Source of the DNA: Piromyces finnis finn
Taxonomy: Eukaryota; Fungi; Neocallimastigomycota
Reading direction: 5' to 3'
Assembly: GCA_002104945.1 (NCBI GenBank)
Contig: MCFH01000102.1
Span: 1 to 59,532, forward strand
DNA length: 59,532 nt
Positions 1 through 12,332 of this stretch are shown in pieces. The notes beneath the pieces are model-generated. The model was given only the letters and a program-made list of their open reading frames with translations, did not search any database and was not told the DNA's origin. How positions within the stretch are numbered: the stretch's first letter is position 1; each line of letters opens with the position of its first letter. The position numbers were made by a program, and so were the translations under genes.

Positions 1-1253
1 AAAAAATCTATTAAAATATTAAATGAATTAGTACTATCTATAAATCTATAATTTATATCTGCACCATTGGAAATGAGCAAAGAACATACATCGCTTCTAC
101 TTAATAAAAGAGAATAAACCGCGGGAGTTATTGTTTCTGCGAAAATGTTTTTTGGAACTTCATAATCAAAGTTTGAATATGAAAATAAATTAATAATAGA
201 TTCAATAAAATTCAAAGGTAACCCGAAAGATATAGCATTGGAGAGTACGTCATAATTTGAATCGTTAATATTGTCCATTAATGCATCATTATCTTGATAA
301 AAACAAATCAATTTCTCAATATCGCATTCTTTAATAATATTATTTAATTTATTTCTTTTTTCATTGATGATTTTATCCATGCATCTTTTAACCTGGTTAT
401 TGTCCAACATTAATTTATAATTTAAACATATATTATTGTTGTTATATTTATATTGGATAAAAAATTCGTATAACTTTGTTGAAAAACCAGGATGTTCGGC
501 TTCATCAAAATTCTTAATTATATATTCAATTTTACTTTTTAGCGATTTTCTTGAATCGTAACAAGAGAAAAATTTAAATTGGTCATATGTATTTTGGTAA
601 ATGCATCTGTAATACCACTGATAAGGTATATCAAAAGATCTTTCACACATTACAATTTTGTCAAAGTTTTCTTTTGATATACCATCTTTTTTCTGATACA
701 TTGAAAGTAACTGATTAACTAGGTCTTTATCACATAAATATTTGATATATGTGGATGCCAAATCGTATCTAAAATTAAAATTGTAAACATAATGTTTAAT
801 CATCATTATGTCCCAATCTCTGTTTAAAAGATACATAAAGACCTTGGTAGTGAATAAATTATTTTCCATCAATAATTTTGCAATGTTAAAATTATTTTGA
901 ACATAATTGACATCGCCCCCTTTACTGATAATGAAGTCTGCAATTTTAAAATGATTTTTTGAAATTGCAGCATATAGTGGCGATTTAATTTCACCATTTT
1001 TGAAAACGGTAAATTTATTGATATTATATTTTAATCTACTTAATAATATGTCTAAAAATTCAATTGAAACATTGCATTCAATTGCTGTGATAACTATGTC
1101 AAATTCTTTTTCTTTAATTAAATTAGTGAGTTGAACCATTTCATCTTGAAATTCAACCTCTTCAAAGAGGTCTTGTTCTGACTCATAAGAAATTGACATA
1201 GTGCTCTTATCACTGTCACAGTCATTATAATCAATATTGTAATTGCTATTCAT
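1..1253 (-). CDS. Ankyrin-repeat protein, 3'-partial (runs off window start); paralog of 17492..19144
   Basis: Not in the ORF track. Manual translation from ATG at 1253 (MNSNYNIDYND...) stays open to the window edge. KNGEIKSPLYAAISKNHFKIADFIISKGGDVNY and LLISNGADINY align with KNGEIKSPLYSAIANNHFKIADFIISKGGDINF and FLISKGADINY in 17492..19144. Confidence 0.9.
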   Translation of the reverse strand, partial: MNSNYNIDYNDCDSDKSTMSISYESEQDLFEEVEFQDEMVQLTNLIKEKEFDIVITAIECNVSIEFLDILLSRLKYNINKFTVFKNGEIKSPLYAAISKNHFKIADFIISKGGDVNYVQNNFNIAKLLMENNLFTTKVFMYLLNRDWDIMMIKHYVYNFNFRYDLASTYIKYLCDKDLVNQLLSMYQKKDGISKENFDKIVMCERSFDIPYQWYYRCIYQNTYDQFKFFSCYDSRKSLKSKIEYIIKNFDEAEHPGFSTKLYEFFIQYKYNNNNICLNYKLMLDNNQVKRCMDKIINEKRNKLNNIIKECDIEKLICFYQDNDALMDNINDSNYDVLSNAISFGLPLNFIESIINLFSYSNFDYEVPKNIFAETITPAVYSLLLSRSDVCSLLISNGADINYRFIDSTNSFNILIDF

Positions 1254-1399
1254 TTTGAAAAATAAAATAAAAATAGTTGAATTTGAATTTGTTTAACAAA
1301 CTAAAGATAAATAATATTTTACTGGTGTTTTTTTTAAATAAAAAACAATAAATATTAAAAGATAAAAAAAATGTATTTTATTTAATAAATAAAATTTAA

Positions 1400-1574
1400 A
1401 GTAATATTTAAATATGATTTGTTAATTAAATATTCTTAATAAATAAAGTTGTATTTTTTTATTCAATTAAATTTAAACTTTAATTTTATTTTATATATAA
1501 AGTAGTTTAATTAATTATATATCAGTTATTAAATCTTTTGAATTTTTTTTTATTATTTAAATGGATCAACCATT
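1400..1574. promoter_or_regulatory. Conserved upstream non-coding blocks shared with the paralog at 19321..19527
   Basis: gttaattaaa(a)tat(t/c)cttaataaataaagttgta and ttaaatggatcaaccatt occur upstream of both paralogous ankyrin genes in the same order. Confidence 0.55.
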
Positions 1575-2749
1575 ATTAATATTGAAATAAAAAAATAAAA
1601 AAATCAACTTTTCAGTAAATATAATGAATGATATTAATTATATTATATATTTTAATATTCAAAAAGCATATTATAGTATTTATTATAGTATAATTAAATA
1701 AAAAAAACTATTAATTAATTGTTATAAAGAGTTTTTTTTTATTAGAAATAAAATATATATTTCATTTATACAATTTATTATATTTATATTTAATTAAATT
1801 TAGGATATTTGATGATGTTAATTTATGTAATAATAAATATATAATTGGAACAGTTTGTTCAATTGTAGAAATAACTACATTAAAAAGAAATTTTTTTTTG
1901 GTAGTAATTTACCTATTTAATGGAAACAAAAAATATTAATTCAAGAGGAGAAAATTTCCAAAAACAACAATAACAACAAAACGAAAAAAAATTTAAATAT
2001 ATATAGAATCATATTTATTGAATACCATATTGGAAATAATGAAAGTAAAAAAATATATATATATATATACAATTGATTACTAAACAAATAATAATATAAT
2101 GCTTATATTTTAATATAATGTTTTATTCTAAAATAATCTTCATCTATGTAATTTCATATATTTTATAAAATTAAATGAAAAAATGTTACTTTTTTGGTTA
2201 CTTTTTTTTGTGTTGTTATAAATATAAATATAAACATATAGTTTATTTTAAATTTTTTTACATTTCAAGTATGTAATAGAATGGATGATTAATAATAGTA
2301 ATAAAATAAATATTAAAATATACCTTAATAAATTTTTAAAATATAGATAATGATAATGGTTTTGAATTATATTGAATTAACCTTTTTGAACTTTATGTTC
2401 TTTCATATTATTGTATATAGATAAAATTATTAAATATCAATGATAAAATTAGTGAAATAATTTTAGCTTTAGTTAATTTTTTTGATGTCTTTATTAATAA
2501 ATATTAATATAATTTATTAACATTTAAATATACTTTTTATTCTTTCTCAAAATATTATACATTTATACAATTAATTTTCTTTTCTTTTAAGTATTATTTT
2601 AAATATATATTTTTAAAAAACACCTTTTAAATATAGTCACAACTTTTATAAAAGTAATTTTAATTCATTTTAATGATTACATATCTAATAATAATTTATT
2701 CAAAAAAAATTTAAATAAATTTCATTAATCAATTTTTTGATACTTTCTT

Positions 2750-3560
2750 CATAAATCGGAGCTCTAAAATCTGTATTATTATTTTTATCTAATACTAATA
2801 CTATTATTAATTATAACATTTTCATATTTTTTTATTTATCATCACTTTCATCACTTTTATTGGGTCAATACTAATGTTTTTTTAAGATATAAAATTTTCT
2901 ACTACTAATTTTTCTAAATACTCAATTTCATTCTATTGTTTTTTCTTTAAAACTCATACCCATATATTTACTATAACTACATTTGCTATCACCTATATTT
3001 TTTATCATATAATTAATCTTCTAATTGGATTATTATTTGTTGCATTTTCATATAAAGTAGTTATACTATTTAATTTATTTGATTCAATTGACATTTATGT
3101 GTTTTTTTGTTGATAATAGAAAATAAAATCTATATCCATTATTTTAATACTTTTTTAACAGTCAAATTCATATACAATTTCAAATTTTGAAACTGGATAA
3201 CTTCCGTCAATTATTTATATTTGTTGTAAAACTTTATATCTTATGCTTAATTAAAATTATTCATTGTGTATATTAGTTTTTCTTGATTCTTCATCGGTTT
3301 TTCATATTTATATGAAGGGATATAAATAATTTTCATATAGCATCAAATCAAGCAATTGGAAATTAATAGATATTGGTTAGGTAAAGAAAGTAATACATAG
3401 TGTGAATCTAATTAGTATTTGATCACCTGAAAAATTAAAACATAGTAATAATTTTACAAATAATATTATCATAGGTATCAGGTATCTCTTTCATAGAACG
3501 TAATTTCTACTTTCTGTAATTTTTGTATGGATAGAAATAAAATAGTTACATTAGTAGTTT
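2750..3560 (-). pseudogene. Degenerate paralog of the 29638..31465 gene (putative NCLDV early transcription factor large subunit-like)
   Basis: About 3100-3510 aligns by eye at DNA level with about 30930-31310 (e.g. gaatctaattagtatttgat). Multiple stops and a 7-bp tandem duplication (aggtatc x2, about 3473-3486). Confidence 0.7.
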
Positions 3561-3948
3561 TTTACTACCTTTAAATGAATTGAAAATACTTAAATATAAA
3601 ATATAAGCCTCTCATGTAATAAGTATAATCTTTCTTATAAATTATATTATTTAATTTTATTTATATAAAAAATAAAAATTATTTTATTTATTTAATAACT
3701 TTACATTCAAATTAATACATGTATTATAGATTTATATAAATTTGTTAACTTTAATTTATCACAATTAAAAATATAAAAATCTTTTCTAATTATATAGTAA
3801 TTGAAAATACAGAAACATTAAAGTTAATAAATTTATTATATTTAATTCTACTAATATAATAAAAAATTAAAAAAAATAATTATATCATTAATTTATATAA
3901 TTTATATATTAAATACTAAGTAAATATATTATGTATATTATTCTATTT

Positions 3949-6900
3949 TTAATTGTCTTTGTTTATCCTTTCCACTACATGGTTTTTACTTCTTTTATTT
4001 CTTATCAATTTAATATGCACTTCTTTAAGATAGTTTTCCATTTTGACATTATTTTGTTGAGATGCATATTTCCATAATGAAACTTTATTATTATCATCAT
4101 CATAAATTTCAGTTTCGATATTCTTTAATCTATTGTTAATCATGATATTAATAATATTATAGCAGTCTAAGATTATAGAATACTTTAATAAATTACTTAT
4201 AAAATTTTCTTCTGTATAATCAATAAAAAGTTTTAAATAAGTTAATTTTGAATTTTCTTTTAATTTTTTAAACAATTTCTCAAATTCTTTTAAACTATAA
4301 ATATTCATTTTAGCTTTATTATCTATGAAACATTTCACAATATCTTCATTAATATTTTTTCTTGTTATGGCAAAATAAAATATAGAACATTTATTTTTGC
4401 CTTTTGAGCGAATAATATAATTAACATTAGCACCGTGTTTTATCAGTAATTTAAGTATTTCACAATTATTTTTAATTATAGCTTGAATTATTGGAATTTT
4501 TCCATTGACATAATTGATATTACCTTTGAAATACCTTAGTATCAATTTAAGAATATTTATATTTTCAGTTTCTATTGCCATATTTAAAGCGGAACATATA
4601 GCTTTTCCAATATTAATGTAATTTCTTCTTCCTTTTTTAATATATTTCAAAAACAATTTAGTATAATATACTAAATTTAGCTTTATTGAATAAAGTAAAG
4701 CGTTATCAAAATCGTCAATTTTAAATTCTTTACTTAACAAGTAATGAACCATTTTTTCAGACTCTTCCTCCTTTTCAATCATCATTCCCATAACTAACGG
4801 ATTTATATGAAACTTTAATTTATGAATATTAATATAATAATCTATACAATCTATGAAATCAAATTTATCATATAGATGGGATTGTCTGTTACAAATTATA
4901 ATTTTAAATAATTCTGTATTTGAATTGACATCCGAAAAATAATCTTTTAAATTTCTACTTCTACAACTTTTAAATATTTTATTTAATATCCCTTTTATAT
5001 TAAAAAAAATTATTCCAGTAATAATATTTTCAGATGAGATAAGATTAATAAATTTATCTGAATCAATACTGAGTAAATACAATATGGAATATTTATCCTC
5101 TTTCAATAAAGCATAATATAATATTAAATTTTTATATCTATCTATCATGTTTACATTATTTATATTTACATATTTTTTAATATCGAAATTCTCATTAAAT
5201 AAATATGCTTTTATAATATCATTATCAAACATACAATCAATGGTATAAAGTGTTGAATTACTATTATTATTGTTTCTTTCATTATAATGATATCTTAGAT
5301 GTCTATTATTATTATTTAATTTTAATCTTTTATTTTCATTTTCATCTTCAATAATAATTATTGTTTCTGTACTATTACGTTTATTCCTTTCTTCTATTGC
5401 TCTATTACTATTTACGTCACTAAAACAGTTTTTCTCAGTATTTTGATATTCATTTTCATTTTCATCATCGTCAATAATTATTGTTTCTGTTCTATTACGT
5501 TTATTCCTTTCTTCTATTGCTCTATTACTATTTACGTCACTAAAACAGTTTTTCTCAGTATTTTGATATTCATTTACATTTTCTTCATCATCAATAATTA
5601 TTATTGTTTCTGTTCTATTACGTTTATTCCTTTCTTCTATTGCTCTATTACTATTTACGTCACTAAAACAGTTTTTCTCAGTATTTTGATATTCATTTAC
5701 ATTTTCTTCATCATCAATAATTATTATTGTTTCTGTTTTATCATGCTTATTCTCTTTTTCAAATATTCTATTATTATTCACACCACTAAAGCAGTTTTTC
5801 TCAGTATTTTGATATGTAATTTTACTATTTTTGTTAGATTCATTTAAATAGATATTTGAACTATTTTTACATATTTTATTTTTTTTTATTAAATAATCAA
5901 AAATTATTTTATTTATAACATGATTATTATCCTCTAAAGATTTTTCTAGTATGGTTTTATTTTCGCGATTTCTTAAATTTAAATCAGCGCCATAATCCAA
6001 TAAAATTTTAAATAGACTATAATCTTGATTTAAATATTTTTCTTTAAATGAATTACAACCACAATGTCTGTAAGAAATAAATAATGGATATTCATCATAA
6101 CCATTACAATTACTATTGACATTAATTTGTTTATTAATTATTGGATGGAATAATAGACATTTAATCAATTCATGATTATTGTCTTTTATTCCATTAATAA
6201 ATAAAAGACCAATATTCTTTTCTTTATAGTCATTTTTTATTTTCATATATATTTTATCATTATTTTTGTTGAACATTATATTTTTATAAATGGCTTCAAG
6301 GTCCTTAATTTCAATAATAATGTTTTCTTTATCATACTTTTTTGGTGTCGAAATACCTAGTGATAATTCATCTAAATTAATTTTTAATAAGGATCCTATC
6401 ATCCTGATATATTTTTCTTTATTATCAACAAAAATATCATTTTCAATGGATTTTAAAATATATTTTAAATCTATGTACGATTTTTTAAAACTTTTATTTA
6501 AAAGAAATTTTGGAATAAGAATATTGATTATTTTTTCTTTATTATTATTATTTTTAATTAAAGATATTAATATTTCATTAATATCTATTTTATTAAAATT
6601 AAATGATTCATTAATGAAAAATGTGTTGCTGAATATTTTAATTTCATTAACATTATTAAAATTATATTTTACACTATTCATTAATAAATCTTGAATATTT
6701 ATATTATTAATAATTTTTAATTTTTTTTGCTTATTTAAAACATTAATAAGCATTCTTAAAATATTAGTATATTTGTTATAATATACTGAATTTATAATAT
6801 AATCAAATTTAACAGTATCATCTGGATATTCATTTGCAATTGTTTCAATAATATTTTCAAAATATTTATTATGTAAATGATTTTTATCCATTTTGTCAAT

Positions 6901-8091
6901 AATTTTTAATAATATAGTATCATAATTTATATAATAATTGCTATTATAAGAAAATAAAAAAAGTGATTTTAAAATACAATCTATAAATGAATATTTTTTA
7001 TTTTCGGCATAAAAAAGTAAAAGGTTATAAAAACTAATATTTTTAACAACATTTTCATTCATTTTTAAAAATTTTAATAACATTTCAATTATCCATATTT
7101 TAGATGAATTTGCTACATAGTATAATATGTTTTCAATAAATGAAATGTTATAATTTTCAAAATTATATTTTATAATATATTCTAATAAATTTAACTTATT
7201 TTCAACTCGACGTGTATAAGATACATCGCCAATAATATATTTATATAATTTCAATTTATTTAATATTTTCATGATTTCACTTGAACTTTTTTTGTCATAT
7301 TTTATTAATATGCTAATAGTTGGGTAATCGTAAGAGTCAACTTTTTTGTCGATATCCTTATATTCACAATTAAATTTTTCATAATTAAAAGTACGGTTAT
7401 AGATTTTTTCAGTAAGATTAATATCTGTTTTTTCACCGTATTTTAATTCATAAATTTGATTATTTGTTAAAGGAATCCTGTATTTAAAACAAGTTAAAAA
7501 TTTAATGATATAAATGAAATTTTTATCTTTTAATTTATAATTTAAAACACGCTTTAACATTTCTTCATTTTTGCTTTCAATCAACATTATAATAAAACTT
7601 TCAATATTTTTATCTAAGTTTTCATTATCAAAGTTTTCTAAAAATTTTAATATTTTAACTATATCAACTTTCTCAATATAATATTTTTGAATGAAGGATA
7701 TCAAATTTACCCCTTCGTTATTTACATAATTTGTATTAGCACCCATTCTCATTAAGGAATGTGCCAATAAAAATTGTTCTTTTATCATTGCATCAAATAA
7801 TGGTATTTTAACATCGCCATCTATTTTAAATGTATAGTTTAATTCTTTATAATCAAAATACCTGATAATGCATAAAATTATATTTTTTGTATTTTCACTT
7901 TCTTTTTCGACAGTTCCTATAGCACAAGTAAGAACGTCAAACTTATTATCTTGGTTCAATTTCATTCTAAATTTATTATAATTACTTTCATTTAATCTTT
8001 TTTCAAATGCTTGAGTATCAGTATTATTGTCAATACAATATTTAATGAATTCTATTAATTCATCTATTTTTTCTTTTAACATAGCAGCCAT
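3949..8091 (-). CDS. Large ankyrin-repeat protein (1380 aa) with internal tandem repeat
   Basis: Intact ORF with ankyrin motifs PLFDAMIKEQFLLAHSLMRMGANTNY, ILLDYGADLNLRN and PIIQAIIKNNCEILKLLIKHGANVNY. Confidence 0.88.
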   Translation of the reverse strand: MAAMLKEKIDELIEFIKYCIDNNTDTQAFEKRLNESNYNKFRMKLNQDNKFDVLTCAIGTVEKESENTKNIILCIIRYFDYKELNYTFKIDGDVKIPLFDAMIKEQFLLAHSLMRMGANTNYVNNEGVNLISFIQKYYIEKVDIVKILKFLENFDNENLDKNIESFIIMLIESKNEEMLKRVLNYKLKDKNFIYIIKFLTCFKYRIPLTNNQIYELKYGEKTDINLTEKIYNRTFNYEKFNCEYKDIDKKVDSYDYPTISILIKYDKKSSSEIMKILNKLKLYKYIIGDVSYTRRVENKLNLLEYIIKYNFENYNISFIENILYYVANSSKIWIIEMLLKFLKMNENVVKNISFYNLLLFYAENKKYSFIDCILKSLFLFSYNSNYYINYDTILLKIIDKMDKNHLHNKYFENIIETIANEYPDDTVKFDYIINSVYYNKYTNILRMLINVLNKQKKLKIINNINIQDLLMNSVKYNFNNVNEIKIFSNTFFINESFNFNKIDINEILISLIKNNNNKEKIINILIPKFLLNKSFKKSYIDLKYILKSIENDIFVDNKEKYIRMIGSLLKINLDELSLGISTPKKYDKENIIIEIKDLEAIYKNIMFNKNNDKIYMKIKNDYKEKNIGLLFINGIKDNNHELIKCLLFHPIINKQINVNSNCNGYDEYPLFISYRHCGCNSFKEKYLNQDYSLFKILLDYGADLNLRNRENKTILEKSLEDNNHVINKIIFDYLIKKNKICKNSSNIYLNESNKNSKITYQNTEKNCFSGVNNNRIFEKENKHDKTETIIIIDDEENVNEYQNTEKNCFSDVNSNRAIEERNKRNRTETIIIIDDEENVNEYQNTEKNCFSDVNSNRAIEERNKRNRTETIIIDDDENENEYQNTEKNCFSDVNSNRAIEERNKRNSTETIIIIEDENENKRLKLNNNNRHLRYHYNERNNNNSNSTLYTIDCMFDNDIIKAYLFNENFDIKKYVNINNVNMIDRYKNLILYYALLKEDKYSILYLLSIDSDKFINLISSENIITGIIFFNIKGILNKIFKSCRSRNLKDYFSDVNSNTELFKIIICNRQSHLYDKFDFIDCIDYYINIHKLKFHINPLVMGMMIEKEEESEKMVHYLLSKEFKIDDFDNALLYSIKLNLVYYTKLFLKYIKKGRRNYINIGKAICSALNMAIETENINILKLILRYFKGNINYVNGKIPIIQAIIKNNCEILKLLIKHGANVNYIIRSKGKNKCSIFYFAITRKNINEDIVKCFIDNKAKMNIYSLKEFEKLFKKLKENSKLTYLKLFIDYTEENFISNLLKYSIILDCYNIINIMINNRLKNIETEIYDDDNNKVSLWKYASQQNNVKMENYLKEVHIKLIRNKRSKNHVVERINKDN
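5335..5815 (-). repeat. Coding tandem repeat, about 4 units of 120-123 bp
   Basis: The unit marker tttctcagtattttgata recurs at periods of 120, 123 and 123 bp. It encodes YQNTEKNCFSDVNSNRAIEERNKRNRTETIII(I)DDEE. Confidence 0.95.
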
Positions 8092-8919
8092 GTTTATTAA
8101 TTTTTAATAATATGGAAAGAGTATAGTGCTTTTTAAAAAGATATATAACAATATATTTATCAATAATGCTAAATTATTGTTCTAACCTCTATAATTATGT
8201 TAATTTTTTATACTAAATAAAATAGGAAATTATATTATAATATATATGATAGGATTAGATTATTTCTTATTCTTATTATATAAATATAAAATAAAGAATA
8301 TTAAGTTTTAATATTTAATGTTACCATTTAACCTTTATTAAAAAATGGGAGAATCTTTACAATAAATTTACAATAAAGTTTTTATAAATTTTTAGAAATA
8401 AATATTAAAAAAAAATTAAATACATTAAAAATAAGTGAAAGATTTAAATTTTGACTTTTCAAAAAGTTTTAATAATTTACATGACTCTATAAAAATGATA
8501 ATTGTAAATTACAAAAATATTATTATCCATATGTTATGAAAAGTGATGTTTTTATCACAAATTTAAATCTTGGAGCTTGTTAATAATATAATTTAAATTA
8601 TTTCTTAATATTTTTATAAATATTTCATCTTTAAATAAAATAAAAGAACAGAAATACAAAAAAATATATACTTTCAATTAAACATTTACATTAATTATTA
8701 TAAAAACAAAAAAAAATTATTAAGTTATAAAGAAAAAATTAAGTTAAAATCCATAGAAAATAGCATTTATTAATTTCCCTATTATTTATATTAAAATATA
8801 GTATTTATTAAAAATATTTTTTCTGACTTTTTACCTGAAAAACTCCCAGTTTAAAATGTTTAAAAGAAGTAGAATTTTTTAAAAAAAGTCGTCAATGTTT
8901 AACTAAATTATTAAAAATT

Positions 8920-10730
8920 GGAGTATATACTAAATATATTGATTTTTTATCTTATATTAAACTTTATCAGTATTATCTAAAAATAAAAATTAGAAACATA
9001 ATTTTATTGAAGTATCTTGTCCAGTATCGTGAAATGTATCCGAAAGAAAGGTATATTGAAAGAGTAAAAACAAAAAATGTTGGATTATTATTAGAGAATG
9101 AAAATGATACTACCCAATTGGAACATTATTTATATAAATTAATGATAAAGGAGTATTTATCCCGAAAAAAAAAAACATCCAATATAATAAATTAGTGGAC
9201 AACAAAATTAATAGTAATAATGATAACAATTATTTAATACTTTTTAATAATGACGAGTTTTTAAACTTTTTCGTTAAAGAGTATTTTAAATTTATTAGCT
9301 TACCAAGGATAAATCATCAACTTTCGAAATTCCAATACAACAATAAAAAAATCAATTCTGATTTAAACAGTATTAAAAATATAAAAAATTCATATTTATC
9401 TCAAAAAAAAATCAATATAAATCCTAGATTTTGGGAGAGGGTAAAAAAAATCGGATCAAAAAAAATTTTAAATTAATAAAATAATGGTTTTTATTTAGTT
9501 CTTAAATATTAATTCTAGAAAATTAAAAATTATATATCACATTGTTTTTTAGAATTATCTAATAAGTCCGTTCATACTTTATAATTAGCGCCATTACCAT
9601 TACCAATTACATTCCACCTCATAAATGGCAGCAATTGAGTTATCCAATGAAATAACAATAATTCTTGAATAATTCGATTATGATTATTTAAATTCAAATG
9701 GAGATGCGAATAATGACATTGAAAAGGATTTAGGTTTTGACACTGAAAGTATTAATCTAATTAATGGCGATAAATATGATAAATATATTAAAGGAAATAA
9801 TAAATTATTCATGAATTTAAAAAGATCTCGTATACCTTGCTATGAAATATTTATAAATAATTTTGTTGATGTTAATGATTATACAGATTTATAAAGTAAA
9901 AAAGAATTCAATGATAAAAATAATTTTTGAATTGAAAAAAAAATTGTATATTATGTATAAAATATTTACAAAAAAAAATTTAAATTATTCCTTTTTTTTT
10001 ATTACAGAGAAAATAAGACATTTATATTATGAAAGATATCTTGGTATATTTATTAACAAATCAATTATTATTACATATATTTTAAGAATTTTAAAAAGGA
10101 TAAGAATAATAAAATGAGATTTATGAGGAAGCAATTAAATAAAGTAAATAAAGCTAACAAAATACAATCTTTAAATATTGATTTTGAATATAAAATAATT
10201 ATATAAAATTTTATATTCAATAATAAAGTTTTATGATAAAGCATTAAATTATAAATACGAAAATATTATATTAAAATATAAAGGTTTCAGGAATACAGAT
10301 ATATTAAGTTTAAATAAGCTTTATTATGAATTTTTTAACATCAAACGAATAAATAATGAATGTTCGAAATAGACAATGAAAATAAATCTTATTTTTTATT
10401 GATATTAGGAATATACCTATTAAATTCCAATTATTCTAATAATTATTTGTATAATTCAGTTGATAATTTCAATATTTGTAGGAATAAATATATGGTATAT
10501 GATAATAAAATTGCTATTAACCTATGGTTAAAATGGATTAATACTACTAGTTATTTGTAGATATATAATAAAGAATTTCATGAAAAAGAAAATGAAATAA
10601 TAGAAAACACTAGAATTATAAATAATGTTTTACAAATATATCTAAGAGATTTTTTCAACTGTGATAGTTATACAAATATCAATCAATTAATGTTACCATC
10701 TTTATTTTTATTATTTGAATTACAATAATA
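8920..10730 (+). pseudogene. Degenerate intronless gene(s) of unknown function
   Basis: Chain of short ORFs (9007, 9195, about 9625-9895, 10360-10730) joined by homopolymer frameshifts and scattered stops, with protein-like codon content. No motif recognised. Confidence 0.5.
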
Positions 10731-12126
10731 TATGCAATATTTATCAATTTAAAATAAATCCAAAAATTATATATAAAAAATGTATTATTTAAAATTATAA
10801 TAATATATACATTATTAAATTAAAAAATTATATATTTCTTCAAAAATTTAATTATATTTTAATGAACCTTTACATTATTTTTTTTACAGAAAAAGTATTA
10901 TGTTTTTTTTTTATAATCATAATTGTGCTTTAACTGAATTTGGTTGGTGTTATTTAATTATTAAAAAAAAAGGTATCTTTTAAAAAATATTTATTTTAAT
11001 TGTTATTATATTATTATTACTTTAACCCTAATATCAATGAACTTGGAATAAATAATTTCAAATTTAGATGAGATTTTGTTCAATGAAGTCAATAAGAAAA
11101 CTAATAAAAATAATACCTTTTTGTATATTTTTACTTTTTATACTAAATACATATATTTTCTTTATATATATATATATATATTTTCACCTTCCCTTTTATT
11201 TTTTTGTGTTATATCCATATAAGAAAGTTTAAATACATAATCAATCAAACGAATGAATCTTTTTTAAAAAAAATTATATTATTATAATATATTCAAGATT
11301 ATCAATAGAATCAATTAGAATATAACTACATTTCAACTCTAAATTATTAAAATAGCATACTCTTATTAATTTAAGATTAAAAAAAAAGTATCCATAAGTA
11401 ATGGTGAATAACTAAAAGTATATATTGATTAAAAAAAGTTTAATAATAATATAACCCAAAAGAATGATGAATAGAAATAGATTTAACAGATGGATACATT
11501 TGAAACATATAACTTTGTATTATTCAGTGAGAAAATTGTTTTATATTAAATAATTATTGTAATATTGTTTAAGAATAAAAGTTTTTAGAAATATTATGTT
11601 TTTAAAGATGAAATATTATAAATTCATTATATAACTTATCTAGTGAAATACTCTATATTTAATTAGAAAGTTTTATTCACTTGGTATAATTAATAATAAA
11701 CAACTTTTTTATATTTGTAATCATATATAAATAAATTTTTTATACTATTATATATAATGTTTTATATTTATAATTTTTTTTCATTTTGTTATAAAATTTT
11801 TTAATAAAATAAAAGACTTTTATATGTAATGTATATGATTTTCTTATTTTAAAATCTTTAAATTAAAAAATTAAAGAAAAAAGTAAAGCTTAAATATCAT
11901 TAAATACAACATCTAATAACAATAAGCTACTTTAATATGTATTTTTTCATAACAATAGACATTAAAAAATAATAAAAATGAAGAAACAAATAACAAACCC
12001 TTTTTAATATAATAATTAATATTATAAAATATATAGTAAATATATTCAATAATATTAGTATAAAACACAAATATTTAATCTCAAAATTAATAAAATTTTT
12101 AATAAATAATAATTATAATTAAAATA

Positions 12127-12332
12127 TGTTAGAATTTTAGGTTTTTTAATATACTTTATTATGGTAATTTATTAATATTTTATTACAAAGATTTAATTAA
12201 CAATTATAAATTTGTATTTACACTAAAATTTATGGCTTATGCTATAATACATACATTATTATTATATTACATTATGTCAATTACATTTTACTAATGAATA
12301 AAGTTTATTATAAAATTTGAGATTTTCTAACA
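12127..12332 (-). repeat. Copia 3' LTR (206 bp)
   Basis: Termini TGTTAGAA...TTCTAACA (8-bp inverted ends), immediately after the PPT. Confidence 0.75.

Noticed and set aside
5335-5815. Regular repeats as a CRISPR array
   Set aside because: Whole units repeat with no unique spacers, they are in-frame coding, and no cas genes are present.
5443-6694. Plus-strand ORFs 5443..5847 and 6290..6694
   Set aside because: Antisense shadows of the ankyrin gene.
9622-9627. TAAATG poxvirus late-promoter initiator
   Set aside because: Expected often by chance at this AT content.
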